Assembly (NCBI GenBank): GCA_007376145.1
Contig: VMFP01000001.1
Coordinates: forward strand, 122,835 to 186,834
Source of the DNA: Parcubacteria group bacterium Gr01-1014_38
GTDB lineage: Bacteria; Patescibacteriota; Andersenbacteria; UBA10190; CAIZMI01
DNA: 64,000 bases
Reading direction: 5' to 3'
The number at the start of each line of letters is the position of its first letter. The first letter of the stretch is position 1. Below the pieces are notes generated by a model. That model was not told where the DNA came from and did no database searches. It saw only the letters and a list, made by a program, of their open reading frames with translations. Made by a program: the position numbers and the translations under genes. Below, in pieces: positions 18,503 to 27,105 of the stretch.

Positions 18503-19558
18503 TCAAGGAAATGTATTGTGCCACCACATTTTGCACTGCTCCGGGTACTTTTCCCCAAGGAACTGAACCGGTGATTTGAGCCCGAGGGCGTGGTGCGGCC
18601 GCTCGGTGTTGTGCCAGAGGAGATGCTCGACGAGCCGGACGTTGAACCGTCGAACGTCAAGGAGGAGTCCCGCGTGATAGTTCACGAACTCCTCCTGAAG
18701 GGTGCGGTTGAACCGCTCGTCGTGCGGGTTCATGCGCGGGCACTGCGGGTACGTCTTCCAGTGGGTGAGGTGCTGGTTCCGGACCTCGGCGGCAAAGCGC
18801 TTCTTGAACTCACTCCCGTTATCGGAGAGGACGTAGACCCAGGGAACCGGGAAGACCCGACGGACAAGGCGGAAGAACTCCGCCGCAGCCTGGGAGGCAT
18901 GACTCCGTGTCGCCCACGCGAAGGAGAACCGGGAGTGCGTATCGGTGAACGTGAGGAGGTACCGCCGCGTCCCGTGGAGGAACCGTTCAATGGTATCAAG
19001 GGTCACGAGATGGCCGGGATAGTCCGCGTGGAAGCCCTTCGGCTTCCGGAGGACATGTTCTCGCTTCCTCGGAACGATCCGCCCGTCGTGCCGGACCTTC
19101 TCCGGGAACAGGCGGAGGCCGCCGAGGTCGTGAATGAGACGAGCGACCGTGCGCGCAGAGGGAACGGAGAGCCTCCGTGCGATGCAGAACGGTCGGAGGA
19201 GCACGGCACACTTCGCGGGGCCGAGGTTCGGGTGTTCCTCACGGAGACGCCGGATCTCCGCGAGGACCTCCGGGGGCCACTCCGCGGTTCTCCGCCGGAG
19301 CGTGTGCGGCTTCGTACTCTTCGGGTTCAGGGCTTCCGGCATCCCACCACCCTCACGGAGCTGCTGCTTCCAGAGGAAAAGGGTTCTCCGAGACACACGG
19401 AAGGCCTCCTGGGTGGCCGCGAGGCCGTGCCGCTCCCAGAAGGCGAGGATGCGGGCGCGGTCTGTCGCTGAGCGGGTGATCATATGGGACCAGCGGAGCG
19501 CATAGTCCGACAGGCGCACAAACCCCCGGACACCGTACGAGAGACGGAGCACCCGCAT
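18503..19558 (-). CDS. DDE transposase (rve integrase core), IS481-like single ORF
   Basis: 351 aa with an N-terminal HTH region and a DDE triad context (LVTLDT ... SDNGSEF ... ERFNRTLQEE). The C-terminal codons ...WWHNTFP* run 7-9 nt past the IS terminus into flanking DNA to reach the TGA. Confidence 0.8.
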   Translation of the reverse strand: MRVLRLSYGVRGFVRLSDYALRWSHMITRSATDRARILAFWERHGLAATQEAFRVSRRTLFLWKQQLREGGGMPEALNPKSTKPHTLRRRTAEWPPEVLAEIRRLREEHPNLGPAKCAVLLRPFCIARRLSVPSARTVARLIHDLGGLRLFPEKVRHDGRIVPRKREHVLRKPKGFHADYPGHLVTLDTIERFLHGTRRYLLTFTDTHSRFSFAWATRSHASQAAAEFFRLVRRVFPVPWVYVLSDNGSEFKKRFAAEVRNQHLTHWKTYPQCPRMNPHDERFNRTLQEEFVNYHAGLLLDVRRFNVRLVEHLLWHNTERPHHALGLKSPVQFLGEKYPEQCKMWWHNTFP

Positions 19559-19613
19559 CAGCGCTTCCGTGAACCACGCTCCAGGGAGTGCAAAATGTTT
19601 CTGGCACTATGCA
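18512..19613 (-). mobile_element. IS481-family-like insertion sequence (~1.1 kb) with imperfect ~30-bp terminal inverted repeats and AGGAAA target-site duplication
   Basis: Left end TGTATTGTGCCACCACATTTTGCACTGCTCC. Right end (revcomp) TGCATAGTGCCAGAAACATTTTGCACTCC. Flanking direct repeat AGGAAA at 18506-18511 and 19613/4-19618. A single transposase ORF lies inside. Confidence 0.7.
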
Positions 19614-19668
19614 GGAAAAACCGCCTAACGCGAGCGCGCTAGGCGGTGCTTTGGAGAACGAGGAGCGG

Positions 19669-20466
19669 TTACTGCTGTTCCAACCACGCGATGCTGAAGT
19701 TGCGTCCGTCTACGTCTTGCTTTCCAGATTTGAAACGCGTGTACGACCAGTACGGCGGCTCTCCATTCTCCATCGCGCAGCAGGTGCACGTCGTGTCCCA
19801 GCTGATATTCTCTTCCGGGACGCCGACCTGCAGGAGGAGTCCACGCGCCAACGCGTAGAGGTCCACGGAGACGTGACCAGGCCCTGCGGGACTTTGCGTC
19901 GTTCTCCCGAGACACTGGGCAAGAAGTTCGGGACGGCGACTGCGTTTCGGCTCCAGAATCTCTGGCTTGTCGTCGTACTCTGGCAGCCAACAGCACGGAC
20001 CGACGCCGCCCTGAATCCACGCGTGCGTCTGTTTTGGATCGAAATACTCGATCGCCGACTCGATGACGTTCTTTCCATCTTGGTCAGCGCGAATCAGACA
20101 GCGATACCCGGCGTGGAGCACGGCCAATTGATCATTCTGCTGCAGGAAGACGAGCGGGCAGTCGCCGTTGAAAATGGCGATACCCGTGAGTGGGCCGGTC
20201 ACGATGCCGCCGTCCGCCGGGCTGCGCGTGCGGACAAACCCCGTCGGCCACGAGTCTCCTGTGGTCCAACTATCGTCGTCTTCGTGGAGGTGGGCAACGC
20301 GGTTGCTGAATTGCACCCATGGTCCAAAGATCCATGGCATGTGCGGAGGGAGATGCTTCTCCTTTGCCCGCATCAGCGTCTTGAGGAATTCTTCCCGGGG
20401 CTGGCTTGTCGGATGAAAGTTTCCGTCTTTGACACCAATCATTATTCGTCGCATGATCAGCGCCAT
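19669..20466 (-). CDS. pgeF: PgeF/YfiH-family (DUF152) purine-nucleoside phosphorylase / polyphenol-oxidase-like protein
   Basis: Conserved blocks FNGDCPLVFL, LHAGYRCL, GPCCW, DTTCTCC...YWSYTRF match the PgeF Cys/His signature. Confidence 0.65.
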   Translation of the reverse strand: MALIMRRIMIGVKDGNFHPTSQPREEFLKTLMRAKEKHLPPHMPWIFGPWVQFSNRVAHLHEDDDSWTTGDSWPTGFVRTRSPADGGIVTGPLTGIAIFNGDCPLVFLQQNDQLAVLHAGYRCLIRADQDGKNVIESAIEYFDPKQTHAWIQGGVGPCCWLPEYDDKPEILEPKRSRRPELLAQCLGRTTQSPAGPGHVSVDLYALARGLLLQVGVPEENISWDTTCTCCAMENGEPPYWSYTRFKSGKQDVDGRNFSIAWLEQQ

Positions 20467-20542
20467 CAGTTGTTCTCCTTTCGTTTGAAAAGAACCGGGC
20501 GATGCATGCCAAAGGCGAGTCTATACGATCCCCGGCGCTTTG

Positions 20543-20566
20543 TCCAGAATCTGTATTGTGCCACCA
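20543..20566. repeat. solo copy of the IS left terminus (TGTATTGTGCCACCACATTT, 20/20 identical), same orientation as the intact IS end
   Basis: Exact 20-nt match to 18512-18531. Identity begins precisely at the IS boundary and is lost after ~22 nt. Confidence 0.6.
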
Positions 20567-20648
20567 CATTTGGGACTCCGCGCGGGAGTGCTCCACATCA
20601 CGCGCTTCTTCACGCAGTGGTGAGTGCAGGGTAGGCTGAAGAAAGTCC

Positions 20649-22157
20649 ATGGTCTTGCACCTCTCGAATACGTTGACGAAAACGAAAGCAGAGATCACGC
20701 CAAGCAATCCCGACGGGATTCTGCGTCTGTACCACTGCGGGCCGACGGTGTACGGCACGCCGCACTTGGGAAACATCCGGCGATTCTTGGTCGCGGATCT
20801 CCTCGTACGGACCGCGCGGTTTCTCGGATACCGCGTGCGGAGCGTGATGAACATTACGGATGTCGGGCATCTCTTGGACGCTGACCACAATGCTGCGGGC
20901 ACTGACCGCATGCTCGTTGCCGCCCAGCGAGAGGGGAAAACGCCGCAGCAGATTGCGGCAAAGTACACAGCGGAGTTTTTCGAAGCACTCGCCGCAATAC
21001 GCGCGGAACCCGCGGACTACTACCCCCGCGCAACGATGCACATTCCGCAGATGCAGGCGATCATCCAACGCTTGATCGAGAAAGGATTGGCGTATGAGAC
21101 AAGCTCTGGCGTGTACTTCGATGTCACGAAGTGGCCGAGCTACGGGAAGCTCTCCGGGAATACGCTCGACGCTATCCGTGCCGGTGCGCGGGTGGATGTC
21201 CGCGAGGAGAAACATCATCCCGCGGACTTCGCACTCTGGGTCAAAGCGCCCAAAGAGCATCTCATGCAGTGGGACTCTCCGTGGGGCCGTGGCTATCCCG
21301 GTTGGCACATTGAATGTTCTGCGATGAGCATGCAGCTCCTCGGAGAGACCATTGATGTGCACACCGGCGGTAAAGACAATGTCTTTCCGCACCACGAGAA
21401 TGAAATCGCCCAAAGCGAAGGAGCGACGGGAATCCCCTTCGTCCACACCTGGCTCCATAACGAATTCCTCGAGCTGCAGGACCCTTCGACGGGCTCTGGG
21501 CAAGAGGAGAAGATGTCTAAGAGTGAGGGAGACATTCTGACCATCAACGATGTAAAAGCTCGCGGCTATGATCCGCTCGCTTTTCGGCTGCTCTGTCTCC
21601 AAACGCATTACCGCTCGAAACTCCACTTCTCGTGGGAGAGCATGGATGCGGCGGCATCTGCGCTGAAGAGTCTCCGTGATTTTGTCCGGAGGCTGGGAGA
21701 AGTGCGGGATGCGGCAACGGACAACAGGCAGCCGGTAGCAGGGAACGGACTTGCGGCGTTGGAGCAGCGATTTACCGACGCGCTGGCTGACGATCTGGGC
21801 TCCCCGCAAGCACTTGCGGCGGTGTTTGACTTTCTTCGTGAAGTGAATCCAAAACTCCAGTCAGGCGAGTTGGGCGCGGATGACGCAGAGGCGATTCGCG
21901 TGACGTTCCGGAAGCTCGATACCGTGCTCGCGCTCCTGGATGTGGACGTGCCACTTCCCTCCCCCGACGTTCCCGCCGAGGTTCAAAAACTTGTGGCCGA
22001 TCGCGAAGACGCCCGCCGCCGCCGGGATTTCGCTGCCGCCGATCGTCTCCGGAGCGACATCCGCGCTCATGGCTATACTGTCGATGACACGCCTCAAGGT
22101 CCGCGCGTTACGCAAAGTTCTACTGCTGGCGGAAATCGTACAGCGCGGACTTCTTGA
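20649..22157 (+). CDS. cysS: cysteine--tRNA ligase
   Basis: 502 aa with a HIGH-type motif (CGPTVYGTPHLGN), KMSKS, and a C-terminal anticodon-binding helical domain. Confidence 0.95.
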   Translation: MVLHLSNTLTKTKAEITPSNPDGILRLYHCGPTVYGTPHLGNIRRFLVADLLVRTARFLGYRVRSVMNITDVGHLLDADHNAAGTDRMLVAAQREGKTPQQIAAKYTAEFFEALAAIRAEPADYYPRATMHIPQMQAIIQRLIEKGLAYETSSGVYFDVTKWPSYGKLSGNTLDAIRAGARVDVREEKHHPADFALWVKAPKEHLMQWDSPWGRGYPGWHIECSAMSMQLLGETIDVHTGGKDNVFPHHENEIAQSEGATGIPFVHTWLHNEFLELQDPSTGSGQEEKMSKSEGDILTINDVKARGYDPLAFRLLCLQTHYRSKLHFSWESMDAAASALKSLRDFVRRLGEVRDAATDNRQPVAGNGLAALEQRFTDALADDLGSPQALAAVFDFLREVNPKLQSGELGADDAEAIRVTFRKLDTVLALLDVDVPLPSPDVPAEVQKLVADREDARRRRDFAAADRLRSDIRAHGYTVDDTPQGPRVTQSSTAGGNRTARTS

Positions 22158-22183
22158 CACGTGCCCGGCGCCCATGATAATTT
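22154..22183 (+). promoter_or_regulatory. sigma70-like promoter TTGACA-N18-TAATTT overlapping the cysS stop
   Basis: TTGACA at 22154-22159 and TAATTT at 22178-22183. Followed by TGGAGG and the ATG at 22259 of the FGE gene. Confidence 0.45.
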
Positions 22184-22258
22184 CGTTTGCTGCTTCGTGT
22201 TGCTACTTCAGGGAAGTAGCGGGTGTCCTTTCACAATCTGAATCTGGAGGAACAAGCG

Positions 22259-23173
22259 ATGAGAAGATCCTTTCTAGAAAAGCTTGCTCGGTATTCCGAC
22301 GATTACTCTGCGGAGTGCCTCGTTCCCACCGGCAGCTTTTCGCAAGGCTGCTCAGTGGCCGATCACCGAAAAATGTGTGAGGAGTTTGATTACCACGTGT
22401 ATCCTCTTTCTTGGTTTGATGATGAGACTCCACAGCGACGGGTGTTCCTCTCCGCCTACTACATTGATCGCTACCCCATTACTAACGCGCAGTTTGCCCT
22501 TTTCGTTCTTGAGACTGGTTACGAGACAGTGGCTGAACAGTCGGAAGGTGGACTGGTGTTCACTCGGCGCGGGTGGGAGTGGGTAAGAGGTGCGTGCTGG
22601 TACAGACCGACGGGTCCGCGAAGTTCCGTCGGCAGGCGTCAGTATCACCCCGTTTGTCAGATTTCTTGGCGTGACGCTCATTCCTACGCCGCTTGGAGAA
22701 GTAAAAGGCTTCCAACGGAGTCTGAATGGGAAAAGGCCTGCCGAGGCACTGATGGAAGAAGATGGCCGTGGTCTAATGAGTGGAAACCAGGTGTTTGTGG
22801 CTCAGTAGAATATCACGCAAAAGCCAACTTTAACACTCGAGAGGAGTGGCGCAACTGGTGGGAATCAGTCTATCGGCCCCACCTTACTTTCACCAAGCCG
22901 GTTGGATCTTACCCTAGGTCAGTGTCTGTGTATGGCATCCACGACATGGTGGGCTGTTTGTACCAATGGGTAGAAGACTGGTATGGCCCCTACAGCAGGA
23001 AAGCTACGTATAGAGGAGAATACGGTTACTTTCTAGGAAGAAACACGCTGAAGGTTGTGCGTGGCGGATGCTGGATGAATTTTAAGTTCCAAGTCAGAAC
23101 GTGTGAACGCATGGCGTCAGCCCCGCTTGTCTCTACATTCGTGCACGGTTTCCGATGCGCTCGCACCGCGTAG
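22259..23173 (+). CDS. formylglycine-generating-enzyme (FGE-sulfatase/SUMF1) domain protein
   Basis: Motifs YPITNAQFALFV..GY.T.AE, HPVCQISWRDAHSYAAWRSKRLPTESEWEKACRG, and VVRGGCW. The start is moved from the listed GTG (22223) to the ATG with a GGAGG SD. Lower GC. Confidence 0.7.
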   Translation: MRRSFLEKLARYSDDYSAECLVPTGSFSQGCSVADHRKMCEEFDYHVYPLSWFDDETPQRRVFLSAYYIDRYPITNAQFALFVLETGYETVAEQSEGGLVFTRRGWEWVRGACWYRPTGPRSSVGRRQYHPVCQISWRDAHSYAAWRSKRLPTESEWEKACRGTDGRRWPWSNEWKPGVCGSVEYHAKANFNTREEWRNWWESVYRPHLTFTKPVGSYPRSVSVYGIHDMVGCLYQWVEDWYGPYSRKATYRGEYGYFLGRNTLKVVRGGCWMNFKFQVRTCERMASAPLVSTFVHGFRCARTA

Positions 23174-23281
23174 GACGGTTTGTGTTCGGTTTTACCGAGT
23201 CTCAGATTTATACACAATCGAGTCAGAAATCAGGCTGAGTCTTGGTGGCTCGGCGTAATGACAAAGAAAGAGAGGCATCCT

Positions 23282-24034
23282 ATGGACAGACCTAATGTAG
23301 GACTCGTTGTTACAGGTGGAAGTACCGGTATCGGTCGCAGCATTGCTCTCGAATATGCTGCAGCCTATCCAAAGTCGAGCGTTGTCCTTGTTGCACGGGA
23401 GAAAGGTAGGCTCACAAAGGTTAAAGGAGAGATTGAGAGGCGCGGATCAAGGTGTATTGTATATGCAGGCGACCTGCGTGACCCAGCATTCATTCAGGGT
23501 TTCATTAGGGACATAAGGCTTCGAGGTCTCTCGATAACCCATCTGGTGAATAATGTGGGGTCGTCGCGCGAAGGCTCAGGAATTCTGAGCGTCACCGGGG
23601 AGGAGTGGTACGCTTCACTTCAGCTGAACCTAAACGCCGCATTTTTCTGCGCTAAAGGCGTGGTCGAACTGATGCTAAGCAAGGGTTGGGAGGGGGCGAT
23701 TGTGAATGTAAGCGCAATTGCTGCCCGTATCGGAATGCCTAAAGTTGCATTCACAACAGCGAAAGCTGGGCTGATTGGAATGACACGGTCACTCGCTCGT
23801 GTATTAGCCGCTCATGGAATTCGAGTGAACGCAGTTCTCCCTGGAGCTATCGATACTCCCGCAACTCGACATTGGACAGAAAGACAACGCAAGGACATCT
23901 GCCGGAAGATTCCTCTCGCCCGCATCGGCAAGCCCGAGGAAGTGGCTTCGGTCGTGGTATTCCTGCTTTCAGAGAAAGCCTCGTACGTTACCGGCCAGAC
24001 CATTGACGTTAATGGTGGCTGGCACATGAAATGA
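23282..24034 (+). CDS. short-chain dehydrogenase/reductase (SDR, FabG-like)
   Basis: TGGSTGIGRS Rossmann motif, NNVG, and a catalytic S...Y...K context (SAIAARIGMPKVAFTTAKAG). The start is chosen at the ATG preceded by AGAGAGG. Confidence 0.75.
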   Translation: MDRPNVGLVVTGGSTGIGRSIALEYAAAYPKSSVVLVAREKGRLTKVKGEIERRGSRCIVYAGDLRDPAFIQGFIRDIRLRGLSITHLVNNVGSSREGSGILSVTGEEWYASLQLNLNAAFFCAKGVVELMLSKGWEGAIVNVSAIAARIGMPKVAFTTAKAGLIGMTRSLARVLAAHGIRVNAVLPGAIDTPATRHWTERQRKDICRKIPLARIGKPEEVASVVVFLLSEKASYVTGQTIDVNGGWHMK

Positions 24035-24050
24035 GGTTACTGATTATTCC

Positions 24051-24083
24051 GAGCGTATTCACGCGGTGGGTACGCTCTTTTCT
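24051..24083 (+). terminator. intrinsic terminator (7-bp stem GAGCGTA/TACGCTC, 13-nt loop, TTTTCT)
   Basis: Located 17 nt downstream of the SDR stop. Confidence 0.5.
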
Positions 24084-24267
24084 GTGTCTGTACAAAGATG
24101 GATGATGTGGAATATGCTTTCGTGGCTTCGAAGAGATTCTGAGGCAACGGACCTAGTACCGCTTTCGTATCAGTAGTGCAAAAAAGTGCTTGAAAGACAG
24201 ATTCGTGACCTTTCACTGAAGCTTATGATTCAATGCCAACCACGAGATTCAAAAAGTCAACCAAGTA

Positions 24268-24765
24268 ATGTTTATCGTCTCTATGGGGAATAACGCGTTG
24301 GTAGAGTGTACAACTCTCTACGGGGATCGGAAGTTAGTGAAAGCAAGTGCACTGACGTTCCGCCCAGCGGCTTACGCACTTGTTTTGCGTGAAGGCAAGT
24401 TGTTGCTCGTAAATACGCGGAGTACAGGAAAGTGGTTCTTCCCGGGCGGCGCAATCGAGCGGGGGGAGACGATGAGAGATGGTATCCTGCGAGAGGTCCG
24501 GGAGGAAACCGGAGTCGAAATTGAAGTCAGGGAATTGTTTCAGTGTAAAGAGAGCTTTTTTTACTATGATCCTTGGGACGCCGCATACCATAGTTTCTCC
24601 TTCTTCTACACCGCCGTTCCAAAGACCTTTGAATTGACGGAAGCGTATAACGCAGAGGATAAGGAGGCGAAAAGTCCCGCGTGGGTAGACGTGAAACAAC
24701 TTAAAGCAAGCGATTTCCAGTTACTCGCGGGAGAAATATTTGAGGCATTCATTCGCACAACATAA
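24268..24765 (+). CDS. NUDIX hydrolase
   Basis: Nudix box GGAIERGETMRDGILREVREETGV (GX5EX7REUXEEXGU). Lower GC. An AT-rich intergenic region lies upstream. Confidence 0.8.
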   Translation: MFIVSMGNNALVECTTLYGDRKLVKASALTFRPAAYALVLREGKLLLVNTRSTGKWFFPGGAIERGETMRDGILREVREETGVEIEVRELFQCKESFFYYDPWDAAYHSFSFFYTAVPKTFELTEAYNAEDKEAKSPAWVDVKQLKASDFQLLAGEIFEAFIRTT

Positions 24766-24826
24766 AATCTGTGGGGGTATGTCTCGGAAGTGGACGCACG
24801 TTTTACCGTCGCGTTTCGTTTTTCAC

Positions 24827-25546
24827 TCAATCGGTGGGCGTCACGTGACTTTCCGGCGGATACTTTTGCGCCCACAGTTGAAGCCAGGTGGCTTGTCTCG
24901 CGTTTACCCCGCCGCGGAACGCGCGGGATTCCTGAATGGCAAGGTCCATCGGCCATCCTTGTACGGCGTACCGGTAGAGCGCGGTCATGGTCCCCGTGCG
25001 GCCGATGCCGCCACGGCAGTGGATGTGGACCGGCTGGTTCTCCGGATTCGTGACAAACCACAGGAACTGCTCGGCTTGATCTTCGGTCGGCGGCTGTCCG
25101 TCTGTGAGCGGGATGTGGAGATACGTCAGCCCGAGATTGGTAAAGCCTTGGAGTTTCGCATCGTCGCCAATTTCTCCGCGTTCCCCATCCGTTCGGAGAT
25201 TGACGACCGATTTCCACCCACGCTCTTTCAGCCAGGTAAACTCTGAAACGAGAGGCTGGCCGGAGCGCGAGAATACCCCCGACACCGGTATAGCAAAGGA
25301 CCAGAATCCGTAGGCCGACGGCGCATCGTCCGGAATCTGTTCACGCGGTCCGACGAAGGAGACTCGCTCGGCGACTGGCGCCGCCGAAGATCCGGGGCTG
25401 ACCAACGATGCGGCTGGCGTGGATAACGCCTCTGGCGCGTTTCCCCCGGTGCGCATCCGCCATCCGGGGAGGCGCACCAGGGCAACGACACCCGTGACGA
25501 ACGCGAGGAGGGTGACCACCGCGATGCTCAAGCGCAGCGGCCTCAT
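24827..25546 (-). CDS. membrane-anchored protein tyrosine / dual-specificity phosphatase
   Basis: CX5R P-loop HCRGGIGRTGT, an N-terminal TM/signal, and an Ala/Ser-rich linker. Confidence 0.75.
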   Translation of the reverse strand: MRPLRLSIAVVTLLAFVTGVVALVRLPGWRMRTGGNAPEALSTPAASLVSPGSSAAPVAERVSFVGPREQIPDDAPSAYGFWSFAIPVSGVFSRSGQPLVSEFTWLKERGWKSVVNLRTDGERGEIGDDAKLQGFTNLGLTYLHIPLTDGQPPTEDQAEQFLWFVTNPENQPVHIHCRGGIGRTGTMTALYRYAVQGWPMDLAIQESRAFRGGVNARQATWLQLWAQKYPPESHVTPTD

Positions 25547-26637
25547 GACTCACGGTGATCAAGAGCAAGTGAGGACGGAAATCCGGCCGACGCACCTTGT
25601 CTCGGCGTTCCTGCTCCATACTGCCAGACGATCTCGCGGGTGCGGGGGTTCACTTCAATGATACGGTTGCGGCCCGCCTCGGCAATGAGGACATTCCCGT
25701 TTCCCAGCTTCGCGGCATCTGCCGGGTACTGAAGGCGCGATCCATCCGCGAGCTCGTGGAGCGTCCAAAGAATCTCTCCGCGGTGATTGATTTCAAAGAC
25801 CTCGTTCTTCTGACGGTCCTCGAGCACAAACGTGCTTTCCACGGTCGGGAATACGTGCTGGAGCCATTTCGCGTCCGGTTTCGTCCACTCCCAGAGGATC
25901 TCCTGCGTGGCGCGGTCAACGAGAATCAGTTTCTTTTCCAGGGTGTCAGTGATGAGAATCTGCTGCCCGTTCTCGAGAGGGATTGCGTGGGTATTGCCAC
26001 GGAGGAGACCGGGGCCTGTTCCCATGGTCAGCGTTTTTCCATACTGCCAGACGACGTCATTCGTCCTCTGGTCCACAACAATCACTCGTCGGTTGTTTCC
26101 GTCGTTGATGAGCACTTCATGGTCGTTGAGCTTGAAGGCTTTGTCTGGCTGGTGGAGGTAGCCCTTCCCATGTCCCTGGACGCCGCGGACGCCGTACTGC
26201 CAGACCAGCGCGTGGGTCTTCCGATCAAGTTCTTGCACCATCATGCCTTCCCCATCCGCGATGATGAGATTCCCGTTCGGCGCAGCGGTGACGTACTCGA
26301 TGTGGACACTGTAACTCCGCAGGGGGATCGGCGGGCTCGCCATGTGCTACTCCCAGACGCGTTCTCCCGCGCGGTTCACCGCGTATACGGTGTTGCCGGT
26401 AAAGTTCGAGATCCAGAGGGTGGTGAACCCTGCTTGGGGAAAGAACGGAGGTTGGCGGGTTGCGAGCGGAAGAGCGATGCGGTCGCGCGCGATCCAGAAC
26501 CCGATGCCCAGCGCGGCAATCGCCAGCACGACGAGGAGAAGACGGGGCACCCACGGCATGAGTATTGCTGTGCTGTTCTTAAGCATAGCGGACGTTGCGC
26601 AGCAGCACATTTCGCGAATGAAAAGAACCCGCGGCAA
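25543..26637 (-). pseudogene. membrane-anchored beta-propeller protein (repeated VWQYG blades, PQQ/ASST-like) interrupted by an in-frame TAG
   Basis: ORFs 26347..26637 and 25543..26343 are in the same frame, separated only by TAG at 26347-26349. The stop replaces the aromatic residue of a recurring ..VW(Q/E)Y.. blade motif (ERVWE*HMAS vs LVWQYG, VVWQYG, IVWQYG). TAG is a genuine stop elsewhere (corA; the 6620..6994 gene). Confidence 0.6.
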
Positions 26638-26664
26638 CCAGTGGCTGTCGCGGGAGTGTTGGAA

Positions 26665-26997
26665 CTACCCTGCGGGGGAGACGACGCTCTGCCTCAGGAC
26701 ACGGGACACAAACCCTGCGAGATCCTCGACCGTTACCAGTGAGGGGATCGTCGCGATGATGTTCGCCAGGCACTGTCTCCGTTTCTCGAGCGAAGGGCCA
26801 GGGAGACCTCGGATGGTGGCGATCAGGTCCTCGGCAGTGTGCACCTTTTGCTTTCCGAGCTCTCCTGCAGCCTGGGCGAGTGCAGCGGTACCCCTCGGGA
26901 CAATTTCCGTCAGCTGCGTACAGAACCCGGTGATGTGCGATTCTTCCCACCCACGGATGTCTTCCGGTGTCGGCCACGCGCTTGGGGACTCTTCCAC
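26665..26997 (-). CDS. hypothetical protein (110 aa)
   Basis: Balanced composition. Same strand and directly upstream of the propeller gene. No recognised domain. Confidence 0.4.
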   Translation of the reverse strand: MEESPSAWPTPEDIRGWEESHITGFCTQLTEIVPRGTAALAQAAGELGKQKVHTAEDLIATIRGLPGPSLEKRRQCLANIIATIPSLVTVEDLAGFVSRVLRQSVVSPAG

Positions 26998-27105
26998 GGC
27001 GCACTCCTTTCTCTCCGGTGCCGTGTGAACGAACGTTCTTGAAGGAGAGGGTCGAGAAACCGCTTCTCGGTCTCCTCAAGAGAGGCATGATATACTCGTT
27101 CTGCC

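Noticed and set aside
20270-21809. 232-aa and 399-aa minus-strand ORFs
   Set aside because: Antisense to cysS. The first one merely contains the solo IS-end copy.
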